Positions 26,635 through 34,745 of a DNA stretch of 44,887 bases are shown here, piece after piece (the stretch's first letter is position 1; the number at the start of each line of letters is the position of its first letter). Location: the sequence record NC_073081.1, one strand, 5' to 3'. The position numbers and the translations under genes were made by a program. This stretch comes from Escherichia phage vB_EcoS_Sponge. The notes under the pieces were generated by a model. The model did not search any database and had not been told where the DNA came from. It saw only the letters and a program-made list of their open reading frames with translations.

Positions 26635-28899
26635 ATGAGCTTAATTAAATTCGCTGTAACAAGACCCGCTAAAAAAGGCGAAAAAGCCAGGGCGGAAAAC
26701 TTCCAGATGACGACCGATGAATTTTTCGAATTTATCAAAGATGCGAAAGAGATATCGTCTGTGCATATCAACAAGACGGAAGATAAAGCCGAGTATGCGC
26801 GCCGCAAGCGTAAGGCCGATGGCATCGTAGCGTATACCAGTGACGGCTTACGCCGCAAGACCAGTGCGGTGGACCGCTCGATCCTGTTCTTCGATATTGA
26901 CCGTACCGACACCCGCACCCTACGCCGCTGCCGTAAGGCTTTCATCGACGCGGGGCTGGAGCACGTATTTCACACCACAACCGGCGACCGCCACCCGCTG
27001 AAAGGCGGCACGCGTTGCGCTCGATTCCTGGTACTCACGGACAAGCCTGTACCGGCTGAAGACCTGGGCCGTGTCCAGTATGCGCTATTACACCAACTTG
27101 GTCTGTCAGATGTGGACTTCGACGATTGCACGAAAGACACAAACCGCCTGATGTACCTGCCACACCAGCAGTCTGTTATTAAGTGCCACTACGGCAAGCG
27201 TGCCCGCGTCCGTCGTCTGCTTCGCCTGGCTGATAAGTTGGGCGTGGAGAAGGAGGAAGTACGCCGCGAGCTTACCCAGGGCGACGACGCAGTGGCAGAC
27301 GGCATTCTGGACTGGTGCTTCCAGGCAGGATTCGAGGCGTTATCTTCCGGTCGCGGTTATGAAGTGCCGTGCCCGAACGAACATCTGCACAGCGGCGAAG
27401 GGTCGACGGCTATCATGGTCAAGGATGGCGAGATCCGTTTCAAGTGTATGCACACCGGCAACGAGTGTTGCTCGGAACTGAACAGACACCAGCACCTGGC
27501 GCTACGTCTTATCGGGATCCCGGACCACCTGAACGTCGAGCCGCACAACATGTCACGTAAGCAAATCGCCGCCATCCTTCCGGGACTGGACGATGAGGAA
27601 GTGGAATCGTGCTATGAACATATCGTTGATGCGGTCGGAGACGGCGACGAGTACGGCGTGTGTACTGATGCAGACCTGGACAACGAGCCGGTCGCACTGT
27701 TCAGTAAGCACGACCCGATCATCGAAGGCCTGGTCAACTTCAAATCGACCTGGTATCTCGCCGGTGAGTCGAACATTGGCAAGTCGTTCTACGTGCTGGG
27801 CCAGATGGCGTCAGTATCTGCCGGTATTCCGTTTGGCGGGGCGAAGGTCGTCCAGTGCCACAACTTCTATTTCGATGCGGAAGGTGGCGAAGCCTCCAAC
27901 CAGCGTAAGGAAGCACTGCAGATCAAATATGAGCACGACCTGGACAAGCTGCACATTATCGATCTGCAATCACGCGGCTGGGATATCACCAGCAAATCCG
28001 GCTTGCGTGAAGTTATCAGCTTCATCAACCGCACCGCTAACGGCGAGCCGGTTGGCCTGGTGGCGTTCGACTCACTCAACCAGACTGTTGCGCTGCGGTC
28101 CGCCGATGCAAAACCGTTCGACGAGAACAACGCCAGCGATATGGGCGAAGTGGTCAAAGCGCTGAAGGCCATTGCGGAAAATACAGGCGGCAGTGCGGGC
28201 GTCATCCACCACCCGGCGAAAGGTTCAAACGGCAGCAGATCTCCCCGCGGGTCCGGCGCGCTGCATGGTGCTGTCGATTCTGCGTTCTTCCTGGAACAGC
28301 CGGACGACAACCAGCCCGGACAATTGAACCTGTATCATGAGAAGTCACGTAATGGCATCAAGCAAGCGCCGCGCGGATTCGTCCTGCTCAAGTGCAAGGT
28401 TAAGGTGGATCTCCGCAAGTCCGAAGCGTTCGAAGCCCACCAGTCCACCAGCACCGGGCCGGACTTCGGTGATGTGGTTGCCGGTTGGGACGTCAAGCCG
28501 ATCGCATCCACGCCACGCGACGAGACTCTTTACCTCGTACCTGTCGCCCTTGCACCGTTCGCCATCGAACAGGCGAAGGCCGCGGGCAAGGCCGCAGTTA
28601 AGGAAGAGAACTCCGCAGGACCGCGCAACGAAAAAGAGAAAGTGCTTTATGCGGCACTGGAAAAACTGATGGAAGATAACCCGGACCATACCGGATTCAG
28701 TAAATCGGCAATTGTCCGCCAGGCTGGGCTTGCGAAAGGTGGCACATCGACGAAGGCAATTGACGATATGGTGGAGCGCGGCGTGCTAGGTTTTTATACA
28801 GATCCGCATACCGGGGCCATCTATGGGTCGTCGAATATCGTCATAAAAACGAATATACCCATCACGCTTTCGGCGACCGATGACGACCTTAAAGATTAA
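26635..28899 (+). CDS. primase-helicase-like replication initiator (Zn-binding motif + P-loop NTPase + C-terminal DNA-binding-like region)
   Basis: Cys/His cluster CPNEHLH...KCMHTGNECC; Walker A GESNIGKSF; Walker B-like GLVAFDSLN; HTH-like C-terminal segment FSKSAIVRQAGLAKGG; 754 aa. Confidence 0.65.
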   Translation: MSLIKFAVTRPAKKGEKARAENFQMTTDEFFEFIKDAKEISSVHINKTEDKAEYARRKRKADGIVAYTSDGLRRKTSAVDRSILFFDIDRTDTRTLRRCRKAFIDAGLEHVFHTTTGDRHPLKGGTRCARFLVLTDKPVPAEDLGRVQYALLHQLGLSDVDFDDCTKDTNRLMYLPHQQSVIKCHYGKRARVRRLLRLADKLGVEKEEVRRELTQGDDAVADGILDWCFQAGFEALSSGRGYEVPCPNEHLHSGEGSTAIMVKDGEIRFKCMHTGNECCSELNRHQHLALRLIGIPDHLNVEPHNMSRKQIAAILPGLDDEEVESCYEHIVDAVGDGDEYGVCTDADLDNEPVALFSKHDPIIEGLVNFKSTWYLAGESNIGKSFYVLGQMASVSAGIPFGGAKVVQCHNFYFDAEGGEASNQRKEALQIKYEHDLDKLHIIDLQSRGWDITSKSGLREVISFINRTANGEPVGLVAFDSLNQTVALRSADAKPFDENNASDMGEVVKALKAIAENTGGSAGVIHHPAKGSNGSRSPRGSGALHGAVDSAFFLEQPDDNQPGQLNLYHEKSRNGIKQAPRGFVLLKCKVKVDLRKSEAFEAHQSTSTGPDFGDVVAGWDVKPIASTPRDETLYLVPVALAPFAIEQAKAAGKAAVKEENSAGPRNEKEKVLYAALEKLMEDNPDHTGFSKSAIVRQAGLAKGGTSTKAIDDMVERGVLGFYTDPHTGAIYGSSNIVIKTNIPITLSATDDDLKD

Positions 28900-29009
28900 A
28901 TTTTGCGCGCATTGGTTGCCGATATGTGGATTCCCATATCGCTAAAAGACTAAATTTTGCGCGCATTGGTTGCCATTTTGAGTGTTTTTATCCAGTCGCA
29001 TTGGTTGCC
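28897..29009. repeat. three direct repeats containing GCGCATTGGTTGCC (two as 24-bp units TAAATTTTGCGCGCATTGGTTGCC)
   Basis: Units at 28897-28920 and 28951-28974 plus shorter copy 28998-29009; palindrome gatatg-N8-catatc at 28921-28940. Confidence 0.8.
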
Positions 29010-29060
29010 GTGTAGTGTAAATATATTGAATAGTTATGCAGATTTCGTGCATAAACCAAA

Positions 29061-29161
29061 CGGGACAGAAAGCGGGACAAACACGAGGCGGGACAAAGCG
29101 GGACAGCACTCCAGTCCCGCCCCGGATGGCGCGGCTTCCGGAGGAGCGGGACAGCGGGACA
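29061..29161. repeat. iteron cluster B: 5 exact GCGGGACA octamers (29072, 29088, 29098, 29146, 29154) plus partial/inverted copies
   Basis: Read directly; preceded by a TGCATAAA box at 29048-29055; lies in a ~535-bp non-coding region after the primase-helicase gene. Confidence 0.8.
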
Positions 29162-29165
29162 GCAC

Positions 29166-29221
29166 CCCAGTCTTTCAGACTAGACGGGGGTCAATGGCCC
29201 CCCTCGTCTGAGACTGAATAA
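29166..29221. repeat. 56-bp conserved double-hairpin core, copy B (identical to 958-1013)
   Basis: Exact match of cccagtctttcagactagacgggggtcaatggcccccctcgtctgagactgaataa. Confidence 0.85.
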
Positions 29222-29433
29222 AATCCGGAGATTGCAAAATACACGGCAGCATGATGCGAAGTGCGGCCGACGACGAACTAGGCAACCAATGCAGGTTGTA
29301 TTATGCTGAGTGAAAAATGCGGTTTGCAGTCACAGCAGATAGCGATCAACTTTTTCATGCGCGTGATTAATATTGGTTGCACCCACCCAGGCACCCTGCT
29401 ATATTGGTTGCACACCAACATGAGGACAGAACA

Positions 29434-29760
29434 ATGAAAGCGATTATCTGGAATTACGCAATGGCGATGGCGAAGGCACAAGAAGCGGCGGAGTTCGCCG
29501 GTGAAGGAGCGGAAGCGGTCGAAAGACTATCGGCAGCGTGGTCCGTTGTTCGCGTCACGCAGCAGGCCATCGCCTGTATGCTGGAGCGCCGCTTCGACAC
29601 GATGGCGGAGATCCAGCCGTTGGCGAACGCAATCCAGGACTACGCGCTTGCATTTGCCCGTGAGCGCCTGGCGTATCGCTTCGGGGTCGGTGAGACGGCA
29701 GCGACAAACATCGCCCGGATTAAAGCCCAGCGCGAACTATTCGCCCAGCTTGCGAAATAA
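29434..29760 (+). CDS. hypothetical protein
   Basis: 108 aa from ATG 29434 (GAGGA SD); track start 29377 is TTG inside the repeat region. Confidence 0.45.
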   Translation: MKAIIWNYAMAMAKAQEAAEFAGEGAEAVERLSAAWSVVRVTQQAIACMLERRFDTMAEIQPLANAIQDYALAFARERLAYRFGVGETAATNIARIKAQRELFAQLAK

Positions 29761-29769
29761 GGGGCCAAA

Positions 29770-30039
29770 ATGGACCGCAGACGAGCTAAACAGCTTTCGT
29801 GGCATATTCCACTGCATTGCATACGAATATTGGCTAAGAATGCGATTGAGGGTGATTCTGTGTTCTGGAGCTATCGCGACGATGTGAAGCCACTAACGCA
29901 GACTCGCTATCTGCACCAGTTCGCCAGGGAGCACGGATTCGCCGTCAAAACATCCTTGCAACCAATTGGCATCCGTATTACATTACGCCGGAAGCCCGCC
30001 GTTGAGCGGGTAGGCAAACACTGGAGACTGAGCAAATGA
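29770..30039 (+). CDS. hypothetical protein
   Basis: 89-aa ORF; contains an internal GCAACCAAT copy (29958-29966). Confidence 0.4.
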   Translation: MDRRRAKQLSWHIPLHCIRILAKNAIEGDSVFWSYRDDVKPLTQTRYLHQFAREHGFAVKTSLQPIGIRITLRRKPAVERVGKHWRLSK

Positions 30040-30179
30040 CACCAGCACTAATGGCGGGATTCTCGCAGAAGTTTATTTCTGTTGATGCCTGCATAGCAGA
30101 TTATGAGATGGACGGCATCGCTACTGTATGCGATGGCGACACGAAAACTGCCGATGAGATTGAGGAGACAGAGCAATGA
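30036..30179 (+). CDS. hypothetical small protein (47 aa)
   Basis: ATGA-coupled to flanking genes on both sides; acidic; under track cut-off. Confidence 0.3.
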   Translation: MTPALMAGFSQKFISVDACIADYEMDGIATVCDGDTKTADEIEETEQ

Positions 30180-30733
30180 AATTACTATTCCGCCGCAAAT
30201 CGGACGGGCGCATTCTTAAGCCGATACAGACCCTGGACGCATACGTGCGCCTACAACAACCGGCAAACAAAAAAGTATTCCGCGCGCCAACAAGCACGCT
30301 GCCGCAGTTCTTCACGGTACACGCCCACGATATCGAGCGCGGAGATGTGCTGCGTGATATTCGCGACGGCAGTATGTGGATCGTCGAGTATGTCGGGCTT
30401 CATGGCCTGCGTATGCAATCCCGCAAGGATGGCGTAGCCGGTATGACTTACTTCGGCCTCGTAAATTACGAGCGAGTGGGTCGCAAATACTGCCTTCGTG
30501 ACCGCCAGCCGCATGAGCGCGTTGAGTTCCGCAAGTCACAGCCAGCCTACGCAACCTACGACTCCCACCAGGTGCAGGCGAGGATGAAACGCGCCGCGCA
30601 CGAAATCGTCAATCGCTTTGATGCCGTGACGAATGCGCAACGCCATGCGCAGGAATACGGCGTCGGATTCATCCGGGTGGAACAAGACGGCAGCATGAAA
30701 GCCATCGACCCGCGCTCGGTGATTCTGAAATGA
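30176..30733 (+). CDS. hypothetical protein
   Basis: 185-aa ORF, translationally coupled (ATGA) at both ends. Confidence 0.45.
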   Translation: MKLLFRRKSDGRILKPIQTLDAYVRLQQPANKKVFRAPTSTLPQFFTVHAHDIERGDVLRDIRDGSMWIVEYVGLHGLRMQSRKDGVAGMTYFGLVNYERVGRKYCLRDRQPHERVEFRKSQPAYATYDSHQVQARMKRAAHEIVNRFDAVTNAQRHAQEYGVGFIRVEQDGSMKAIDPRSVILK

Positions 30734-30876
30734 GCGCGTCTATCCGTGATATGCTGATGCATAACCGCTTTGAGGTAGGCGGTCGGGTATTTCGCAATTA
30801 CTTCGTGGCGCGTGCATGGGCGCGCCATATTGGCAAACCGGAAGGGGCAATTCGATGTTATACGTCTTCGCGGTAG
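30730..30876 (+). CDS. hypothetical small protein (48 aa)
   Basis: ATG 30730 overlapping upstream stop; basic protein. Confidence 0.3.
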   Translation: MSASIRDMLMHNRFEVGGRVFRNYFVARAWARHIGKPEGAIRCYTSSR

Positions 30877-30956
30877 TATGTGGCGGTAGTCTGGCGGCCC
30901 TGGTGCTGTTGGCGTCGGTTATTAGTCTGGTTAAATACCTATGGGGCAGATTATGA
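30855..30956 (+). CDS. small hydrophobic membrane peptide (33 aa)
   Basis: MLYVFAVVCGGSLAALVLLASVISLVKYLWGRL; GAAGGGG SD; overlaps neighbours. Confidence 0.25.
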   Translation: MLYVFAVVCGGSLAALVLLASVISLVKYLWGRL

Positions 30957-31240
30957 TTCATGATGTGATTTATTGGTTTGGTTTGATCTGCGGGCTGTGC
31001 CTGCTTACCGCGGTGCTGGTGGGCGTCCTGATGTTCGTAGTATGGCCCGCCGTGGAGGCCGCCAGCATTACCCGCATGACGTTCGAGATCTACAAGCGCC
31101 GTGGAATAACGGAGCACCCGACCAGGCTTCGTATGTGGTGGCTATGGTACCGGGATATGATAGGCGGTCGAACATTCGAAGCCGTCAGATCGGGAGGATG
31201 GGAGTGGAAAGGCGTCGGCAAGTGGTCCATTTTCGATTAA
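30953..31240 (+). CDS. membrane protein (2 predicted TM segments)
   Basis: 95 aa from ATG 30953; hydrophobic segments WFGLICGLCLLTAVLVGVLMFVVW. Confidence 0.4.
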   Translation: MIHDVIYWFGLICGLCLLTAVLVGVLMFVVWPAVEAASITRMTFEIYKRRGITEHPTRLRMWWLWYRDMIGGRTFEAVRSGGWEWKGVGKWSIFD

Positions 31241-31257
31241 TTATGCAAGCGTGATAT

Positions 31258-31292
31258 AGTCCCAGTGAGATAAAACTTACTGGGACTTTTTT
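31258..31292 (+). terminator. strong hairpin + T6 immediately upstream of holin start codon
   Basis: Stem agtcccagt/actgggact (31258-66 / 31279-87), 12-nt loop, T-run to 31292; ATG at 31293 with no SD. Confidence 0.55.
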
Positions 31293-31583
31293 ATGGATAA
31301 GCTAAACGAGTGGTTATTCGCCCTTGCGTGTCTTGCTGGCGGCTTCGTAGGCGCACGCATTCATGGCGAGGCAACGAAAGGGCCGTTGAACTTCGTTTTA
31401 TATGTCGTAGTTGGCTTCCTGTGTGCCATATTTGGCGCACCGGCTATTGCCGAGTGGGCTGGTTTGTCGGGGGAGCGCACTGTCGCCGGTTTGGGCTTCG
31501 TAACCGCAATCTTCTGGATGCCAATCGCCGACCGGATCAGGGAGACTATTGCGTCGTTCCGACTTCCGGGGGGTGCAAAATGA
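31293..31583 (+). CDS. holin-like membrane protein (3 predicted TM segments)
   Basis: 96 aa, three hydrophobic segments and charged C-terminus; directly upstream of endolysin. Confidence 0.55.
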   Translation: MDKLNEWLFALACLAGGFVGARIHGEATKGPLNFVLYVVVGFLCAIFGAPAIAEWAGLSGERTVAGLGFVTAIFWMPIADRIRETIASFRLPGGAK

Positions 31584-31825
31584 TTATCTCCGTCCTGTTG
31601 TTTGTTATCATCGGGGCTTCGTCCCTGTTTAACGTGTATGCGCCGTCCGTCCGGGATGGCATTTTCGGTCGGGTGCTGTATCTGTTAACGGCAATGGTCT
31701 GTATTATCGGATTGCTGCAAACAGGCGACGTATCGGATACCACCTGGACCGCGTTAATCTGGCTGTTTGCATTGCGCACCCTGCGTAATGCTGTTTTGAA
31801 TGGGGTAAAACATGCGATTCAGTGA
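31580..31825 (+). CDS. second holin/antiholin-like membrane protein
   Basis: 81 aa, ATGA-coupled to the holin gene; hydrophobic segments; overlaps endolysin start. Confidence 0.45.
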   Translation: MIISVLLFVIIGASSLFNVYAPSVRDGIFGRVLYLLTAMVCIIGLLQTGDVSDTTWTALIWLFALRTLRNAVLNGVKHAIQ

Positions 31826-32303
31826 CAACGGTCTACGATTTACGGCAGCATGGGAGGCTTTCAGCCCGGTGCCGTATTTCGCGACCAAGAAAGAGCAGGC
31901 CCGCGGCCTGTACACCTGGGGCTATGGTCACACCGGAACTAACCCGCCACGAAGCATTACCCGTGCAGAAGCGCTGGAACTGCTCAAGCGAGATGTGGCG
32001 TATGCCGAGGACTGGGTGAACAAATACGCACATCCGAGCATTAACCAGGCGCAATTCGACGCGCTGGTGGACCTGGTAATCAATGCCGGTCCTGGTCCGA
32101 TCGTACCGGATGACGTCGCGAATGATTTCGATGATGCGGTGCGACTGGGCGACTGGGCGAAGGTACGAGCTACTCTGCCGCAGTTCCGCAAGCAAGGTGG
32201 CGAAGTGCTTAAGGGTCTGGTGCGCCGTGCAATCGGCAGGCAAGCGCTATTCGATGGTAAGCAGTGGGACGTTGCCGAGCGAATCGGGCGTAACGCAGCA
32301 TAA
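31812..32303 (+). CDS. endolysin, GH24 phage lysozyme family
   Basis: Conserved pattern NGL..L...EAF....Y....GLYTWGYGHTG and NQAQFDALVDLVINAG with C-terminal RRAIGRQALF, as in P22/T4-type lysozymes. Confidence 0.8.
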   Translation: MRFSDNGLRFTAAWEAFSPVPYFATKKEQARGLYTWGYGHTGTNPPRSITRAEALELLKRDVAYAEDWVNKYAHPSINQAQFDALVDLVINAGPGPIVPDDVANDFDDAVRLGDWAKVRATLPQFRKQGGEVLKGLVRRAIGRQALFDGKQWDVAERIGRNAA

Positions 32304-32319
32304 TACGAGGTAACACAGT

Positions 32320-32487
32320 ATGTTAAAAAGCATTCTTGATCATAACGCTGACGCGCTCGCCGCGCTGGCTAAAACCGAAGACCCTGGCGCACGCGCTATC
32401 ATCGCGGACTCTATCAACCACGCTGGGGTCTTCGATGCGAAGCTGCCAAGCCCGCCACCGCCGGAAGAACCCGGCCCCGCAGCGTAA
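32320..32487 (+). CDS. hypothetical small protein (55 aa)
   Basis: ATG 32320 to TAA 32485-32487; Pro-rich C-terminus; followed by terminator; under track cut-off. Confidence 0.3.
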   Translation: MLKSILDHNADALAALAKTEDPGARAIIADSINHAGVFDAKLPSPPPPEEPGPAA

Positions 32488-32494
32488 ACAATCA

Positions 32495-32518
32495 AGCCCG
32501 GATAATACCGGGCTTTTT
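32495..32518 (+). terminator. intrinsic terminator after lysis cassette
   Basis: agcccgg-ataata-ccgggct followed by TTTTT. Confidence 0.7.
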
Positions 32519-32582
32519 ATTGCTTGACTCGCAACCAACATAGACGCCATACTGCAACCAACCAATGAGAGGAGTAATCAAG

Positions 32583-32663
32583 ATGGCACGTAAAGATATT
32601 TGGGTATTAGCGATCTGGACCACCGCGGCTTTTATCGGTATGGTTATTTGCGAATTGCTATAA
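32583..32663 (+). CDS. 26-aa hydrophobic peptide
   Basis: MARKDIWVLAIWTTAAFIGMVICELL; strong SD AGGAG 8 nt upstream; two GCAACCAA motif copies just upstream. Confidence 0.35.
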   Translation: MARKDIWVLAIWTTAAFIGMVICELL

Positions 32664-32724
32664 CCCGCCGCAATATGGACCGTGGTATATTGTCCTCGGT
32701 CCCATAATCAGGAAGTGGATTAAT

Positions 32725-33867
32725 ATGCACCCGCAAACTAAAATCACCGACGAGCAATTGATCGCCGAGTTGCAATCCGGCACTACCGCGAAAGAGATTG
32801 CGAAGAAGTACGGTCTTTCCCTACGAAATGTCTACATGCGCAAAGCCCGCCTGTCGAAGAAAGGTATTGGTCATGGTAACGATGCCGTAATCCGTAAGCG
32901 CGTTGCCGATGGCTTCGGCGTTAAGCGCGTATCCGCCCTGGTGCGCGGCAATGGCGAAGAGGTCATGTCGTGGGTTATCACTGAGCAGGACAAGGAGCGC
33001 CAGCTTGAAGCCATGCGCGCTGTTGTCGAGGGCATGAACAGCGAAATCACACCGGCAGCACCAGTAAGCGCCCCGCCAGTCCCGATCCAGGCGCTCGACC
33101 TACTCAACCTATACACTGTGTCAGACTTCCACCTGGGCATGTTGGCCTGGGGCGAGGAGACTGGCGAAGACTGGGATATGGCGATTGCCGAAGACCTGTT
33201 CTACCGCTGGTTTGTCGAAGCCTTCGCACGCGCACCGGACGCAGGCACTGCCGTAATTAATATCCTCGGAGATATGGCCCACTTTGACAGCCTTGACGCC
33301 GTCACACCGGCAAGTGGTCACGTACTGGACGCGGATACCCGCTACCAGAAACTGGTCCGCTACATGATCCGCATGGTGCGCAACGTGGTAGACCTGGCGC
33401 TGCAAAAACACCACAAAGTCAAACTGCTAATCGTCCAGGGTAATCATGACGAGTCAGGCATGATTTGGCTTGCTGAGATGTTCAATACCCTGTATGAGAA
33501 CGAGCCACGCGTCGATGTGGACACGTCCCCGGACGTCTACAAAATGGTGCAGCACGGTAAGACCACGCTATTTTTCCACCACGGACACAAAGCGCGATTC
33601 GATGTTATCGAGCAGGTTATGATCGCTAAATTTAGACAGGCATTCGGGTCGAGCGAATACAGCTACGCGCACGTAGGCCATTTGCACCACCAGAAGATTG
33701 TTGAATCCCGCAACATGATTGTTGAACAGCACAGGACGCTCGCAGCGAAAGACGCCTACGCCAGTCGTGGCGGATGGATGTCCGGTCGCAGCGCAAACGT
33801 CATCACCTATAGCGCCAACTACGGCGAAGTAGCGCGCTTAACCATTAGCCCGGAAATGTTGAAATGA
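32725..33867 (+). CDS. HTH domain fused to calcineurin-like metallophosphoesterase (Mre11/SbcD-type motifs)
   Basis: N-terminal HTH-like TAKEIAKKYGLSLRNVYMRK; phosphoesterase motifs DFH, GDMAHFD, GNHD, HHGH, GHLH in canonical order; 380 aa. Confidence 0.6.
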   Translation: MHPQTKITDEQLIAELQSGTTAKEIAKKYGLSLRNVYMRKARLSKKGIGHGNDAVIRKRVADGFGVKRVSALVRGNGEEVMSWVITEQDKERQLEAMRAVVEGMNSEITPAAPVSAPPVPIQALDLLNLYTVSDFHLGMLAWGEETGEDWDMAIAEDLFYRWFVEAFARAPDAGTAVINILGDMAHFDSLDAVTPASGHVLDADTRYQKLVRYMIRMVRNVVDLALQKHHKVKLLIVQGNHDESGMIWLAEMFNTLYENEPRVDVDTSPDVYKMVQHGKTTLFFHHGHKARFDVIEQVMIAKFRQAFGSSEYSYAHVGHLHHQKIVESRNMIVEQHRTLAAKDAYASRGGWMSGRSANVITYSANYGEVARLTISPEMLK

Positions 33868-34076
33868 TCAGACAAGTATTCATGAGCACGCAGGCCACCC
33901 GCCTGAAAGAACTACGCAAACAACTCGAAGGCTTGCGCCGATTTGAACGAACGGCAGCGGCAGTCGGAATGTCGATGGACGAGAGGATCGAAATACTGTC
34001 GCAAATACGCTACACAGAAGGCGCGATAAGAGAAGTACAAAGCATGTTAACCCGATACTACGGGCGCGACGTTTAA
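33864..34076 (+). CDS. hypothetical small protein
   Basis: 70-aa ORF, ATGA-coupled to upstream gene; predicted coiled coil. Confidence 0.4.
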   Translation: MIRQVFMSTQATRLKELRKQLEGLRRFERTAAAVGMSMDERIEILSQIRYTEGAIREVQSMLTRYYGRDV

Positions 34077-34094
34077 ACCGCATAGCCTGCCGAT

Positions 34095-34123
34095 TTGGTG
34101 GGCTTTTTTGTGCCTGTTATAAT
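34095..34123 (+). promoter_or_regulatory. putative extended -10 promoter upstream of terminase genes
   Basis: TGtTATAAT (34115-34123) with TTGgtg 17 bp upstream (34095-34100). Confidence 0.3.
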
Positions 34124-34193
34124 CCCACTTAGATGGCAGGGCCGTCTCCTATGTTGCCGATGGTCGGCGCATATGAACAAAAGGGCTTATATT

Positions 34194-34745
34194 ATGGCAG
34201 AAATCAAAGTTAAGGGCCGACGCGCCAAACTGGACGGACGAGTAGCAGTAACCCCGCGCCGTAAACCAGGCGAGCAAACAGAGCATACCAATCTCGGACC
34301 TGAAATCGAGTACGGAAAGCGCCGTAAAGGCGGCAAATGTGGACGACCTACTGACTACCGATCCGTTTACTGCGACCAGCTTCGCCGCTATTTTGCCGAC
34401 GCCGACGCCTGGCAGGTCAACTACTCCGATAAAGGCGCTGCGCAAGTAATCCCTCGCAACAAAATGCCAACCTTCGGTCGATTTGCCGCGGAAATCGGTG
34501 TGGGCGTCGCTTGCCTGTATCGCTGGGCGCGCGCACATGAGGAGTTCGCCGAGGCGATGGCGGACGCGATGGAGTTGCAGAAAACCTTCCTGATGGAAGC
34601 TGGCGGCGTGACCATCGCGGCGGGCTTCGCGACCTTCCTGCTTAAAGCCAACCACGGCGTCCGCGACGATATCCAACTGGATGACGACGAAGATGATAAC
34701 GGCGATGTTGTTGTCGAACCTACCGGCAAAGGCCAGGGCGAATAA
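34194..34745 (+). CDS. terminase small subunit
   Basis: 183 aa immediately upstream of and TAATG-coupled to large terminase; basic N-terminus, HTH-like segment (GRFAAEIGVGVACLYRWARAHEEF), acidic C-terminus. Confidence 0.6.
   Translation: MAEIKVKGRRAKLDGRVAVTPRRKPGEQTEHTNLGPEIEYGKRRKGGKCGRPTDYRSVYCDQLRRYFADADAWQVNYSDKGAAQVIPRNKMPTFGRFAAEIGVGVACLYRWARAHEEFAEAMADAMELQKTFLMEAGGVTIAAGFATFLLKANHGVRDDIQLDDDEDDNGDVVVEPTGKGQGE

Noticed and set aside
28957-29221. Plus-strand ORFs 28957..29211 and 29036..29221 in iteron island B
   Set aside because: Their sequences are dominated by translated octamer repeats; no credible start context; treated as non-coding.
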